64,000 nt of DNA from Chiloscyllium plagiosum (taxonomy: Eukaryota), in assembly GCF_004010195.1 (NCBI RefSeq), contig NC_057710.1, forward strand, positions 105,306,338-105,370,337, in the 5' to 3' direction. A model generated the notes under the pieces. That model worked only from the letters and a program-made list of their open reading frames with translations. It was not told the DNA's origin and did not search any database. Both the position numbers and the translations under genes were made by a program. Shown piece after piece: positions 25,381 through 39,667 of the stretch (its first letter is position 1; every line of letters begins with the position of its first letter).

Positions 25381-25945
25381 CATCTAGAAAATAACCTCAT
25401 TGAACCTTTTATGTTCAAAATGAACAACCTCACACTTTCTTGCATTGAAATCTATCCATAACAGTTTTACGCATCCACCAAGTCTATCAATATCCTTGTG
25501 TAATGTTAAGATGTCATATGCACTAATGTCTACCATGCTGCCTAACTTTGCATCATCAGCAAATCTGCATCTATGACTTTCAATGCCACTTTAATCCTTC
25601 ACATTAATGAAGAATGTGAATATTTGAGGGCCTTGTGAGACACCATTGGCCAATTTGAGAACCTAACCATTATCCCTACATTCTGTCATCTGCCATTCAA
25701 CCAATTTCTCAGCCATCCGAGTAATTTGCTCTCAACTCCATGGGCTTCACTCTTAATTAATAATCTTTCATGTAGAGCTATATCAAATGCATTCTGGAAG
25801 CGCATGTAAACAGCATCTATAGACATTCCCCCATCCTTAGTCACCTCCTCAAATGATTCAGTGAGGTTTGTCAGGCATGACCTACCAGCCATGAATCCAT
25901 GCTGGCTCTCCATGATTAACTGGAAATATTCATCGTGTTGTTTGC
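25380..25945 (-). mobile_element. CR1 RT fragment
   Basis: ORF 25686..25979(-) 'SQHGFMAGRSCLTNLTESFEEVT...DAVY..FQNAFD'. Confidence 0.85.
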
Positions 25946-26324
25946 AACATCCTCTTTCACCCATCCCAATCCCTGACACTACTCACTCTGTACGGCCTTA
26001 GTACTGCCTACTCACTCACTCAGGGAACTTCCCCATTTGTAGCTGTGTCACCCATGTTCACATCCCATAAAAACACTCTTTTCTCATTTCATGAGGCAAA
26101 CACCGAAAGTAGGGCAGGATGGAGTTCTGCCCTTCATTCAACTCCTCAGCCGTTATGAGGAGGAGACCCTCACTGATTACCCGAAAAGACCCTGGACTGG
26201 TATCAGAGGCTTCCCTCAACTTACCGAGCTGCAAGTCCTGTGTGATGGCTATCCACTTGACTTGACTCAGTTCTGCTAACAGACATGGCAATCGTCTTGC
26301 TATCATTTCTGTGCTGAACGGCCT

Positions 26325-26692
26325 GGAAATGGTTCAGTGGTTAGCGTTGCTGTCTCACAGTGCCAGGGACCCAGGCTCGATTCTGGCCTTAGGCAACTGT
26401 CTGTGTGGAGTTTGTACATTCTCCCTGTATCTGTGAGTTTCCTTCAATTGCTCCAGTTTCCTCCCACAGTCCAAAGATGTATAGGTTAGGTAGATTGTCC
26501 ATGAGAAATGCAGGATTAGGAAATTGGGTAGGGCAGTCGGTCTGGTTGGATGCTCTTCAGAGGACGGGTACTGTGAGGCAGCAATGCTAGCCACTGAGCC
26601 ATTTCCATGCCATTCATCACAGAAACAATGATAAGAGACTTGGTGGGTCAAAAGGCCTGCTTCTGCACTGGAGGGATTCTATGATTCGATGA
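26325..26692 (+). mobile_element. Degenerate HE1-type SINE with an inverted head fragment inside its 3' part
   Basis: TGGTTCAGTGGTTAGC...CAGTCCAAAGATGT; reverse-oriented head piece CTGTGAGGCAGCAATGCTAGCCACTG at 26571-26596. Confidence 0.75.
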
Positions 26693-27489
26693 AAGACAGC
26701 AGTAACGTGACACTGTTTTTTTTCTGACCGAAGGGCAAACACAGCAAAGTAACGCAATTCAGGCAGGGATAGTATGTGCATCCATGTAGGCGCAGAGAGA
26801 ATGAGTGCTCTCACACTGAGTGAACACCAAAGAGATGTAGCATGATCCAGTCAATGAGCTGAGTGCATCATAATGTCCTTGCTGTCGTATTACTAGTCTA
26901 GTTGCTGGTGCAGCCCAAAATCCAGATATGGCCTGTTACTAATTCAGAAACCTTTTGAAAGAATGATTACAGGCAGACATGTTTTGGAAGCCAATGTGGA
27001 AGGATGTGGGGTGCAGTGGATGGTGCCATGGAGTTTACCCTAAGATGTTGGTGCTGAGTGCACAACATGGGGGCCTTTTAGCCAGGAATACACATTGGTT
27101 TCCATGTAGGGATTTTCCGGCCTCTGGTCTGTACAGCAAGTTTGGTAAGATTACATCCTGTGCCAAGCTGGGCTTTTCACAAGTCAATTAGCACACAACA
27201 CTAGTCATCTATTGGGAATGTGTTCTTGCCTCGTGAGAAACTTGTTGCAACATTTGCAATAAATGTACAAGATGGAATGGGGACCATAGTGATGCAGTGA
27301 TAGTTCCCCTATTTCTCAGCCAATACGCCCAAGTTCAAGTCCAACATGCTCCCAAGGTGCCATATTACATCTGAACAGCTGGATTAAAAATATAAAGAAG
27401 ATGCAGCGAGATGATGTTCAATGTTGTCAATGTTAAGATGGGCCTCACTGAATATTTCACCTGAATCTGCCACGTTCCTCATGGAGAAT

Positions 27490-28008
27490 AAGCTGAGGAA
27501 ATTTGGCATGAGGCGAAAGGTGCGCCATCAAGAGCATTCTGTCTGGATGTATCACTACCAGGTATGGCAACTGTAGTATTCAAGATCAGAGACGGTTACA
27601 AAGAGTAGTGAACTCAGCCCAGACAATCACAAAGACCAATCTCCATCTATAGAATCCATCTACCAGGCCCGCTGTCAAGGAAAGGCCGCCAGCATTCGCA
27701 AAGACCCAACCCAACCTGGCAATGCTTTTCTACAGCCTCTCCCATCGGGGAGAAGGTACAGAAACCTGAACACATGCACCAGCCGGTTTCATAACAATTT
27801 CTACCCTACTGTTGTTGGAATACTGAATGGACTGACAAACTCTTAACATTCACCTGTACCTGTGTTTTTGTTTTTGGTGCTGTTAATCTATTATTTATTT
27901 ATCTATGCTACTAACCCTGTGATCTGCTTTTATTGATCACAAGACAAAGCTTTTCACTGTGCCTCGGTACACGTGACAATAAATTAAATTCAATTCAATT
28001 CAATTCAA
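27490..28008 (+). mobile_element. Rex1/Babar LINE 3' fragment
   Basis: 'IKSILSGCITTRYGNCS..DQRRLQRVVNSAQTI...KDPTQPG...LPSGRRYR', 3' UTR with AATAAA and (TTCAA)n tail. Confidence 0.85.
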
Positions 28009-28284
28009 TGATTCAGAATGAAGATGGGAGAGTATTCTAGTTAGATTTAGACAGATTATTCACATTTTTCAGCAAGAAGCCCCATTTGTGGGTATATTCC
28101 CAGGAAACTACTTCTCCGTTTAATGGGGAAAGGAAAATCTCAGACAGACACGGTGATTGAAAGTGGAGTCATATCATCATGGTAGAACTGATGCAATGGT
28201 GCTCAGGAATACTATTTATTTCCAAGGCAAATTGTGTGTGGATTTCATAAGGTAAAAGAAATTAGGAGGGAAGTTCATCATATT

Positions 28285-28700
28285 TCATCTGAAGATCGTA
28301 TGAGGAAAGACTGAGACACTTGGGGCTGTTTTCATTAGAGAAAAGAAGGTTTAGGGGTGACTTGATTGAGGTGTACAAGATGATTAGGGGGTTAGATAGG
28401 GTTGACAGTGTGAACCTTTTCCCGCGTATGGAGTCGGGTATTACAAGGGGGCATAGCTTTAAATTAAGGGGGGGTAGATATAGGACTGATGTTAGGGGTA
28501 GGTTCTTCACTCAGCGAGTCGTTAGTTCATGGAATGCCCTGCCAGTAGCAGTGGTGTACTCTCCCTCTTTATGGGCATTTAAGCGGGCATTGGATAGGTA
28601 TATGGAGGATAGTGGGTTAGTATAGGTTAGGTGGGCTTGGATCGGCGCAACATCGAGGGCCAAAGGGCCTGTACTGCGCTGTATTCTTCTTCTTCTTCTA
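28285..28700 (+). mobile_element. Young CR1 3' fragment with (TTC)n tail
   Basis: Uninterrupted ORF 28320..28625 'GLFSLEKRRFRGDLIEVYK...FFTQRVV..WNALP', CpGs retained. Confidence 0.92.
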
Positions 28701-30383
28701 AAGCTAATTTGGCAAAATTGGTTACAAAGAAATTATTTAATAACTGGATGTGAACAGTGGGTTCTAGTCAATATCTTAACCAATAGGCAAGATTGTTGAT
28801 CACTTTTATTGCAAATGTTTAGCATTATTGCTTCAAACATTTCATATCTAAGATCAGCTGAGATTTTCCAAAGGGCAATGAATCCTGGAAGGGATACAGG
28901 GCTCAAATTGACATGTGGATGACATCCAAGGACACGATCAATCAAAAAAAAGATAGCCAGGACAGAATGCAAACCTTACACAAAATGAACAAAACCACTT
29001 TTCCAGAACAATGGTTACAGTTTTGGGGCTAGATATCTCAGAAAAATTCATCACACTGGATCCAACGCAGACAAGAGCCAGCAGTGAATTTCTGAATCTT
29101 ACGTATGTAAATAATGTTGAGCAAGGCATGGTGAATCAAGTGAATCAATTATAATAGCTTGCAATTAAGACCAAAATTGACTGTGAATGCTGTTTTTCAA
29201 ACAGGCATGCCGTATTAACACTGCTTTTAAACTTTCACTAAAATAATCCTTGTTGATTCTTGACTGCCCACTGAAGTAGCCACGCAAACTATTCAGTTAT
29301 ATTAAGCCTCTGGACTACATCAGTTCAAGAAGGTGGCTCATCACAATGAGGAAATTAAAGATGGGCGAGTATGATATCTTTATATATGTGAATACAGACC
29401 AGTCATACAACGTACTAAAACAACATTTTTGGTATGCACAAAATTGAAAATCAAATATTTATTGCCCAAATTTGCTTAAAAGTTTTCAAAAACAATACAC
29501 AGTCCGAGATTGAAATAATTTGTGCTACTACTAAGTATGGAAAGGGAGATACAGGTGGAAAATGTTACTGAATCAGTTTGGCAGTCAAAAGTGACAATGA
29601 TCCAGCTTTTATTGTAATCTTTTATGATAGTCCATAAAATACCATGAAAACTAAATTCAGTTATCACAGCTTCTTCTGGTGGAATTTGAACTAAGGTGAT
29701 TAATGGCAGGTATGTCAACAACAGACTGATGGAGACATTGAAGGGTGGACTTTTGAAGAACCCCCCTGAAGGTTATTGCAGCTAGAGTGGGAAGAGCCTC
29801 TCCTTGTTGTCCAAACAGACAAACTGGGGATCTGTTGGCCAAAACCATGAAAATGGTTCTGCCATGGTTAATCTTTCCATTTCATTGAGTTTCAGGCATT
29901 GAAGTGAATTTGTGCAGCCTAATGCTGTACACAATTTCTGTGAGCATCCTACCTGCAGATAACTGGATACATTAGCAGAGTGTCCAAAATGTTTTGAGGA
30001 TGTAACTCTGAAGATGGACGAGGGAGATCCAGTAGATGTAATGAACCTGGACTTTCAGAAAGCTTTTGATAAAGGAGGTTAATGAGTAAAATTAGGGCAC
30101 ATGGTATTGGGGGCAAAGTACTAGATTGGATTGAAAATTGGTGGCTGATAGGAAACAAAGGGTAGTGATAAACGGCTCCATTTCGGAATGGCAGGCAGTG
30201 ACCAGTGGCGTACCGCAGGGATCCGTGCTGGGACCACAGCTTTTTACAATATATGTTAATGATATAGAAGATGGTATCAGCAATAACATTAGCAAATTTG
30301 CTGATGATACAAAGCTGGATGGCAGGGTGAAATGTGATGAGGATGTTAGGAGATTACAGGGTGACCTGGACAAATTAGGTGAG

Positions 30384-30443
30384 NNNNNNNNNNNNNNNNN
30401 NNNNNNNNNNNNNNNNNNNNNNNNNNNNNNNNNNNNNNNNNNN
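30384..30443. other. Assembly gap
   Basis: Run of N. Confidence 1.
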
Positions 30444-30487
30444 AGCTGCCTGACCTGCTGTGCTTTTCCAGCACCACAGTCTCAACT
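30444..30487 (+). mobile_element. Penelope pLTR fragment abutting the gap
   Basis: GCTGCCTGACCTGCTGTGCTTTTCCAGCACCAC matches 39863-39895. Confidence 0.8.
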
Positions 30488-31681
30488 GATAGAATTATCA
30501 GGTGTTTTTGTGTGTTGGTCCAAGCAGTGCAGCGTAGGTTCACGAGGTCAATTCCTGGATTACGCTGAAAGACTGGACTGACTGGACTTGTGTACCCTTG
30601 AGTTTAGAAGACTGAGAGGGGATCTGATTGAGACATGTAAGATTATTAAAGGATTGGACACTCTGGAGGCAGGAAACATGTTTCCGCTGATGGGTGAGTG
30701 CCGAACCAGAGGACACAGCTTAAAAATACGGGGTAGACCATTTAGGACAGAGCTCAGGAGAAACTTCTTCACCCAGAGAGTGGTGACTGTGTGGAATGCT
30801 CTGCCTCAGAGGGCAGTGGAGGCCCAGTCTCTGGATTCATTTAAGAAAGACAAAGATAGTGGAATCAAGGGTTATGGAAATAAGGCAGGAAGAGGATACT
30901 AATTAGGAATGATCAGCCATGATCATATTAAATGGCGGTGCAGGCTCGAGAGGCTGAATGGCCTACTCCTGCACCTATTGTCTATTGTCTATTGTCTAAA
31001 ATTATAAAGGTTAGCATAACTTTGAGGCACCTTGCACCTCTTAATGTAGAGATGAATTGTAGTTGCAAGACGTGCCTGGAGGCCAATTCCAAGCTGTGCT
31101 ACTTTTGAACAGAGGCTGAGCATGTGATAGACAGAGAGAAAGAGAGCATCACAGTTCTCATATGCTGTCCTGGTGTGTAAGTGGTGAAATGAGTGACTGT
31201 TGAAAGTGATGAATATGGTGCAATCAAGTGGGCTGCTATTTCCTGGGAGCTAAGCCTCTTGAATGTTATTGAAGCAGTACCATCCAAACATGTGCACTGC
31301 ATCATATTTTTGACCTATGGCTTTTAGATAAACTGGCATTGAAGGAAATAGAAGTTACGTCACTCATCACAAAATTCTAAGCCTCTGATCAGCTCTTGCA
31401 ATCAATCACCCTGTCAACAATTACCCTAACATCAGTCGAATATAAGAACACTGAGTACTCTGTCATTACTTGTACGTAGTGATGTTCTGAAAAAATGACT
31501 GCAAATATGTATAACGTTACACATTCAATGGATGTAAATCATTAAAATCGGCCTTGTCCAGTACTTTTGGTAGACATTCCTCTGAGCACCAAAGGGAGCT
31601 GATGACTGAACCAGCCAATGAAATTCATCAGTGGGCTGCCTCATGAAGACATTTTTGGCTCTGCCAAGGTATTTGTGTACT

Positions 31682-31740
31682 TTGATTTGATTTAATATAT
31701 TGTGGTCACATGTACCTAAGTACAGTGAAAAGTTGTTTGC
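31682..31740 (-). mobile_element. Rex1-like 3' tail
   Basis: Reverse reads TTTTCACTGTACTTAGGTACATGTGAC...(AATCA)n; compare 27951-27990. Confidence 0.6.
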
Positions 31741-34700
31741 AGGCAGTATAGGCAGATCACATTAAGCAAGAACACACAGCGTATAGGCTGTTTAAGTGTT
31801 TAGTAGTGTTAGAACCATCACTGATTATTCATTACTTTTATTTTCATTCTTCTCCGATTTTGATTTGGAGCTGAGGATGATTTTATTTATTTATTTATCA
31901 TCATGTGTATCTAGTTACAAAATACAGTGAACGGTATTTTATTAGCTTGTGGACTTCATGAAACGGCTTGTGGTAAAACGAAAGGAACAGACCAAGTCGG
32001 CTTTTGTTTGGGAGGCTAACTTCAGGCTGATTCTTGATCAAAATGGTTCCTGAAGAGATAATAATCTCAGGAAGAGCAGACCTTGTGTTTAAAAAGATAG
32101 CAGAAGTGGGAAATGATGGATCATGCAAAACATTCCTGTAACCTGGCCAGTTTTGTTACTTTTTAAATGTATCACTTAAGTTTGCATGTCCTTTTTTGTG
32201 TGACTGGTGGCTGAAAACAAATAGTTTGAGTTCAAAGCATAGACATATCCTGTTTATCTTGTTTAAGTTTTCCGCTGCTGAAGTTATTGTGTATTTAATA
32301 AATTATTAAGTCTTTGTTTGATATACAAGACCAGTGTCTGGAATTAATTATTCACAAAGTCTGAGTTTGGATCATTCAAAATCTGGTTAGGCACCACTGA
32401 AATAATTATTGAGGGTCCTTGAGGGATTTAATTTTACCATGTTGCAAATACAGAGGTAGAATTCATAACAACAGCTCGAAAAGAAAATTGAGGTCCCATA
32501 CTCTGCTGGGACTTCTTGGGTCTTTTACAACTTGTTGAGGCCAGTTGTGGCTCGTTAATAACAATAAATGTTTGACTGGATCTGCCACCCAATGATTTCT
32601 ACCTCAGTATTTTTAGTATTATTAGTCCCAATTAAAACTGGAGTAAAAAATAAACACAGGGCAGCAACTGTACAGCATTGACAGTGCTTGTCCTAAATGC
32701 ATAATCTTCTCAATCTTTAAACTGAGGATTGTTATTTTAACTTTGATTGTTCCTTGAAGTCATGACCCAAGTCACCCAGAGCAGTTGTTTGTGAAGGTGC
32801 TAAACTGTCACAAACCATACCCGTGGATGGAGGGATTGTAGACTAATGTGCTTTATGTCATCAGCCTGCAGGTCATTCAGGGAATGACAGCTCTATGATT
32901 TTAGTCTGCTTAACTGGAATAATGGTGATCTGGACCATGCATTCCTTTACGAAATCTAAATTTACATTGAAACCATGTATGGAGAATGAAAAGAAAGTGG
33001 CAACATTAAACTGACAAAGAAACAATGATGTGAGTGGCAGGTTGTGAGAGACACGAACTGGGAAATGATAGGCAGAAGTCTAGTGAGACAAAAGAAAAAG
33101 GAGTAAAGAGAAGGTGGGAGGGGGGGAGAAAATTAGAAGAGTAAGAGAATTGCATTTAAAATTGAGTAAGAGACAGGAAAGGACACAAGGAAGACAGAAA
33201 GGAAGAAAACAAGACAAGCAAACAAGTTAGAAATAAATAGAAATGGAGGAAGTGGAAAGAAAAGCAAAAGGTGGAGAAAAAAGAGAAAGATTGGCTTGGA
33301 AGAAGAAGAGAAGTCCAGATGGATGAAGTGTTGTGATATAAGAGTGAACAGCCAGACAAAAATAATGGTGAACATCCTCAACTCGAGAGAGGAGCACTGA
33401 TTGTAGGTGAGAAAGATAACAAATGAATTTCTCAATTGAGTTGGGACATACATAACTATTGAAAAAAAGATTAAAATGTCAAGTTGCTGCTTTTGGTATG
33501 AATAATAGTACAAAAGAAACTAGTTTTGCGTAAAGGTAAGCTCAGCATCACTAAATAGGTTGTCATTCACACTGTATCTATTTAGCAGTTAGTTTACATA
33601 AAAATTGTGCCAATCTGCTGCTTGTGTAGTTGAATCCTGGTGAAGACATACATTAAACAACAATCTTTTAATCTTTTGCTGGGCTTTGTCAGAAATAACT
33701 TTTAAAAGCATGCTCTTACAATTGTGTTCACACATACTGTCGTAGTAGCACAGATCACAGTTAGTTTTGAACATTTTAACCCAGAAAATAATGCACATTT
33801 AGCTCCAACAAGCTGTCAAGCTATCATTAAGTATTTTAACTTTTAAATTGATTATAATCGTCTATCATTTCCCTGAACTCAATTGCATTTTCCTGCTATC
33901 ATGTGATTACCGGAATACAGCAGAGAAAAATTAGGTAATTACTTATATATGTGGTACTTACTGAATGCCTTTTTTAGAGTATTGAGATATTAACACGCTC
34001 TCACTCTGTTATAACTTCACTAGATGCTTGGCGGAATCCCCATTTATTTGTGTAAGCATGTCCTGACATACTTCTGATCAGGTTATGCAGGTCATGGTAG
34101 AGGTTTTGGAGAAATTCCCAGCCAAGGTCAAATAACGTGGTTCTCAGTGGTTGAGTCAAATTGTGAGGAAGGTATTAGTCTCATGTACGAGATGACCTTG
34201 AATAGTTTCTCGACAGTGGAAATTGGTGGAATGAAATAGGAGAGAAACTAAAAACGGGATGGAGTTTGTGAGTGAAAGAATAGGAAGAGGATTAGGATGT
34301 GGTTTGACTTAACCGGAAGTGGGAGAAGCAGCAAAAGCAGCCGAACAATGAAAACACCTTAATGCTTAGGAGTTGAAATCTTAGGGTGACATATTATAAG
34401 GTGCACCTCAAACTCCTGAGTGTTGTACAGCTGGTTACAATTTTTTTCATGTTTTGATACTGCTGCCTTTTTGTGTTACATTTAATATATTTCATTATAC
34501 TCTGTGACACATGCAGACAACTTGATGGTTGATCAATGAAGTGTTCAGAGAGAGCTTGGACTTGGAGCATATACAGTACTGAGGAACATGCCCCAGAGAA
34601 CAGCATGCATAATATGTATGAAGCCTTTTAAACAGAAGCAAATCACTCTTCCCTTCAACAATTTTTGACTCCCTACATGTAACAAGTCCATTCATTCCTT

Positions 34701-35232
34701 GAAACACTATTTCTCTTCAGAACTCTTTTGCAATACTTGACAACATACACAAAATCATTTGATAAAAAATGACTGAACTCCTTCAATTTTAGATTGCAAT
34801 GGGCAAAGACATCCCAATTGTTTAAATATACAATTTGTTTCCTGTTGGCTTCAAACAATATTAAGGCCTGTGCCCTTGTAGTGAATTTTCGATTCTGTTT
34901 GGGGCAGAAGGCCAATTCTAATATTCTATATTTAAATAAAGGCTGTTGTGAGTGCATGAAAGAAGAATGAAAGTAAAATGGCAAATTTAGTTCAAAAGGA
35001 CATAGAGATGCAGGAGCAGACATTTAAGGAATATTTCATGAATATACAGAATAGTTGCATTCCAATGAGTAAGAAACTTTCAAAAGGACAACTCCAACGT
35101 TCGAGGATAACTAGAAAAAGCATATAATTGTGGAAAGTTGAACAACTGACTGATAAAATAAAGATGGTTGCGATAAGGGAGCATTTTCAGGATGGGAACC
35201 TGTAAAGAGTAAGCGGAACAGCAAATAGAGAC

Positions 35233-35545
35233 AAGCAAATCGAGCTCAGTCAGAAAGGGAGAAGGAAAGGGAGAGGAGCAGATCGAGCTCAGTCAGAGAG
35301 GGAGAGGGAAGAGAGGGAGAGAGGGAGAGAGAGGGAGAGAGGGAGAGAGAGGGAGAGAGAGGGAGAGGAGCAGATTGAGTTCAGTCAGAGAGGGAGAGGG
35401 AGGAGAGGGAGAGGGAGAGGAGCAGATCGAGTTCAGAGAGGGAAAGGGAGAAGGGGAGGGAAAGGGAGAGGAGCAGATCGGGCTCAGTCAGAGAGAGAGA
35501 GGGAGGCAGGCAGGGAAAGGGGAGAAGAACAGATTGAGCTCAGGA
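35233..35545 (+). repeat. Tandem array of about 6 GAGCAGATCGAGCTCAGTCAGAGAG monomers with GA-rich spacers
   Basis: Copies near 35233, 35276, 35368, 35420, 35471 and 35527. Confidence 0.9.
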
Positions 35546-37589
35546 ATGGAGTAGACCTGAACCAAGCAGAGGAGGAACTCTGGAGGTGATGTCACAATTC
35601 CAAAAGTGATGAAAAGTTGGCTGCTTATGAACAGGTTTTAGAAACTGTGAGATTGATATTATAGGGAGAGAAAGTGTGAAGTTCGTACTTGCAGTTCATC
35701 AGCAATAAAGCTAGAGAGAAATCTGATTTGCTGAGTCATAGGTAAAATTGAGAAATTTATTGTTGCATTTGGGCAACCTTCAAAATGGCAGAAGAACTTG
35801 GCCCTGTGGACTAGTCCTCCTGCAATATGAGGGAAATCTAGTACACTTCCGGTCTCCATGGTGACCATGTATACAGGAAGTGTGTTCAACTGCAGCTCCC
35901 AACTGCTGCATGGGGTGCCTGGAACTATGGATGGACTCACCATGGAGCATCCATGAGGTGGAGAATATCATGGATAGCCCGTTTAGTGAGCTGGTCATAC
36001 ACAAGTAAGGGCTACACAGACAGAAAATCATTAGATGACTATCAGGAAGACAGGTAAGCATTGGCAGGCAGTGCAGGAGTCTCTTGTGGCCATCCACCTC
36101 TCAAATAGGTATACCACATTGTATACACTTGGGGAGATGGCTTCGCAGGGAAAAGCAGCAGCAGCCAAGTTTGTGGCGCTATGATTGGCTCTGCTGCACA
36201 GTAGGGGAGGAAAGGAACTAGGAGAGCTTAAGTGATAAGGGACTCAATCGTAAGGGGAATTGACAGTCTGTTCTGTGGCAGCAAATGAGACTCTCGAATG
36301 GTATGTTACCTCCCTGTTTGCCAGGGTTAGGGATGTGTCAGAGTGGCTGGGCATTTTGAAAGGGACAGGTGAGCAGCTAGCAGTCATGGTACCTGTCAGT
36401 ACTAACAACACAGGTACAAAAAGAAATGAGATCCTGCAACAGGAGTTTAGAGAGTTAGGTAATAAATTAAAGAGGAAGACTACAGACGTTAGAATCTCTG
36501 GATTACGTCAGTGCCATGTGCTACTGTGTACGGGAATATGAAGATAGGTGAGATGAACATATGCATAAAGGCTTGGTGGTAGCTGGGGCTTATACAAGCT
36601 GGGCAGGCTGCACCTGAACCAGACTGGGTCCCATACCCATGCTCATGCTGTTGGGGAGGCTTTAAACTGATCTGGCAGGGAGATGGTACACAGAGTAGAT
36701 ATAAAGTCAGGAGGTAAGTCCACAGTTGGAAAGTGGGAGTCTATTAAACGTAGTGTTATGAGAATTCATGGCCATCATGTTCCTCAAAGAGTGAAGCACA
36801 AGAGCACCAATTCCAGGGAACTCTGGATGTTAACGGAGATTGAGAATATGACAAAGAAAAAGAAGGAAGCATTTGCCTGGTACAGCATATTAAAAACAGG
36901 GGAGATCCTTCAGAATTATAGAGAGGGTGGGGGTTGCATAAAAAGAGAATTAGAAGGGTACAAGAGAGGCCACATGATAATTTTGGCAGATGGGATCCAG
37001 CAAAACCCCAAGGCTTTTTATATGAAGTGTAAGAGGATGACCAGGGAAAGAATAGGGCCTATTAGAGACCAAAGGGGCAACCTGTGCATGGAGCTAGTAC
37101 ATGTGGGTGAGGTGTTAAATGAATAATTCTCATCTGTATTCACCCAGGACATACAGATACATAATGTCTTAGGACCCGATGAGATGCATCTCAGGCTGCT
37201 ATGGACGGCAAGGGAAGAGATTGCTATAGCTATGGTGGAGATACGTAATACTTTGCTGACCACAGGTGAAGTGCCAGCTGACATGAAGGATAACTAATTT
37301 GGCTTCTTTGTCCAACAAGAGGAACAGGGAGAGGCCAAGTAATTATAGACCAGTTAGTCTGACAGCAGTAGTAGAAAGATTATTGGAAAAACAATTTTAA
37401 AGGTAAGGATTAATCAATACTTGGAAAATAAGGAACTGATCAGGGATAGTCAACATGGATTTGTCACAGGGAGATTCAGTATGATTAATTTGAGTTTTTT
37501 TGAAAGGTGACTAAATATTATTGATGAGTATAGTACAGTTGACGTGATTTACAGGGGACTTCTGAAAGGCCTTTGACAAGGTCCCACAC

Positions 37590-38488
37590 ACATAAGTACA
37601 TATGAACTAGGAGCAGGAGTAGGCCATCTGGCCAGTCAAGCCTGCTCCACCATTCAACAAGGTCATGGCTGATCTTTTCTTGGCCTCGGCTCCACTTACT
37701 CACCCGCTCACCATAACCCTCAATTCCTTTACTGTTCAAACATTTATCTAAATTTGCCTTAAAACCATCCAACAAGGCAGCCTCAACTGCTTCACTGGGC
37801 AGAGAATTCCATAAATTCACAACCCTTTGGGTGAAGAAGTTCCTCCTCAACTCAGTCCTAAATCTGCTGTCTCTTATTTTTGGGCTATGCCCTCTAGTTC
37901 TAGATTCACGCACCAGTAGAAACAACCGTCCTGCTTCTATCTTTTCCTTCATAATTGTACATGTTTCTGTGAGAATCCCCCTCATTGCAATGAGTATAGT
38001 CCCAGTCTACTCAATCTCTCCTCATAAGCCAACCCTCTCAACTCTAGAATCAACCCAGTGAACCTCGTCTGCACCCCCTCTAGTGCCAGCACATCCTTTC
38101 TCAAGTAAGGAGACCAAAACTGTACACTACTCCAGGTGTCACCTCACCAGCACCCTACGTAGCTGCAACACAGCCTCGCTATTTTTAAACTCTATCCCTT
38201 TAGCAATGACTGACAATATTCTATTTGCCTGCATAATTACCTGGTGCACCTGCAAACCACATTCTGTGATTTATGCATAAGGACACACAGGTCCCTCTGC
38301 ACAGCGGCATGCTGCAATTTTTCACCCCTTATGTAATAGTCTATTTTGTCATTGTTCCGACCAAAATGGATTACTTCACATTGACCAACATTGTACTCCA
38401 TCTGCTCAACCCTTGCCTGCTCCCTTAACCTATCTATAACCCACTGTGGTCTTTCAGTGTCCTCTGAACACTTTGCTCTACCACTCAT
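37590..38488 (-). mobile_element. CR1 3' fragment nested antisense in the long CR1
   Basis: ORFs 37518..37985(-) and 38237..38488(-) give the RT C-terminus; host reading resumes at ~38490. Confidence 0.9.
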
Positions 38489-39345
38489 CAGATAAAAGGT
38501 TGGTCCAAAAGGTAAGAATCAGTGAGATCCGAGGCAAGTTGGCAAATTGACTTGCAAATAGGAAGCAGAGAGTGATGGTGGAGGGTTGTTTTTGTTATTG
38601 GAAGCCTAAGACCAGCAAAGTATCATAGGGTTCCCTGCTAGGACACTTGCGGTTTGTTATTTACATCAATAACTTGGATGGGAATAAAGAACATATAATT
38701 AGCAAGTTTGCAGATGATACAAAGGTTGATGGTGTTGTTGATATTGAGGAAGATGGTCATAGGTTACAATCTGGATTTGATCAGCTGGTAAATTGATCAG
38801 AGCAATGGCAGATGGAATTTAATTGTGGTAAGTGTGAGATGATGCATTTTGAGACGTGTAACAAGGGAAGGATGTACACAATGAATGATAGATGCCTAGG
38901 GAGTGCTGATGAACAAAGGGACCTTGCTGTACAAGTCATAGATCCCTGAAGATGTCAGCACATAGAGTGATGAAGAAGGCAGATGGGAAGCTTGCCTTCG
39001 TTCGCCAGGGTGTAAAATATTGAAGCAAAGAAGTCTTGTTACAACTTTGTAGCAATAACAATATAGAATGTATTGGTTAGGCCACAGCTGGAATACTGTA
39101 TGTATTTCTGGTTGCCTCATGTAACTAAACTGCAGAGGATGCAGAGGAAATTCACCAGATGATGCCTGGTCTGAGTTATAAGGAAAGGCAGTTTAGGCTG
39201 GGTTTCAATTCCCTAGAGCAGGGGAGGCTGAGGAGGGATCCGAATGAAGCATATAAAATTCTGAGAGATATAGGTCATGCAAAAAATTTCCCAATGGCAG
39301 ACATATCTAAGACTAGAGGGCATATGTTTAAGGTGAGGAGCAAGG

Positions 39346-39667
39346 GATTAGATTAGATTAGATTACTTACAGTGTGGAAACAGGCCCTTCGGCCCAACAA
39401 GTCCACACCGACCCGCCGAAGCGCAACCCACCCATACCCCTACACGTACCCCTTTTTACCTAACACTACGGGCAATTTAGCATGGCCAATTCACCTGACC
39501 TGCACATCTTTGGACTGTGGGAGGAAACCGGAGCACCCGGAGGAAACCCACGCAGACACGGGGAGAATGTGCAAACTCCACACAGTCAGTCGCCTGAGTC
39601 GGGAATTGAACCCGGGTCTCTGGCGCTGTGAGGCAGCAGTGCTAACCACTGTGCCACCGTGCCGCCC
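39346..39667 (-). mobile_element. Young full-length HE1-type SINE
   Basis: Near-identical reverse complement of 14410-14722, (GATTA)n tail. Confidence 0.95.

Larger units (their letters stand above)
29950..30997 (+). mobile_element. CR1 RT and 3' end, interrupted by a gap and a PLE pLTR fragment
   Basis: 'GVPQGSVLGP...SKFADDTKL' (ORF 30138), ORF 30588..30902, (CTATTGT)n tail. Confidence 0.9.

Noticed and set aside
31807-32470. Possible solo LTR (TGTTA...TAACA)
   Set aside because: No matching TSD found and no second copy in the window
33133-33513. Hydrophobic 126-aa ORF resembling a membrane protein
   Set aside because: Antisense of a purine-rich low-complexity tract; no recognisable motif
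35233-35545. CRISPR-like repeat-spacer array
   Set aside because: Spacers are low-complexity GA runs of variable length; eukaryotic context; no cas genes
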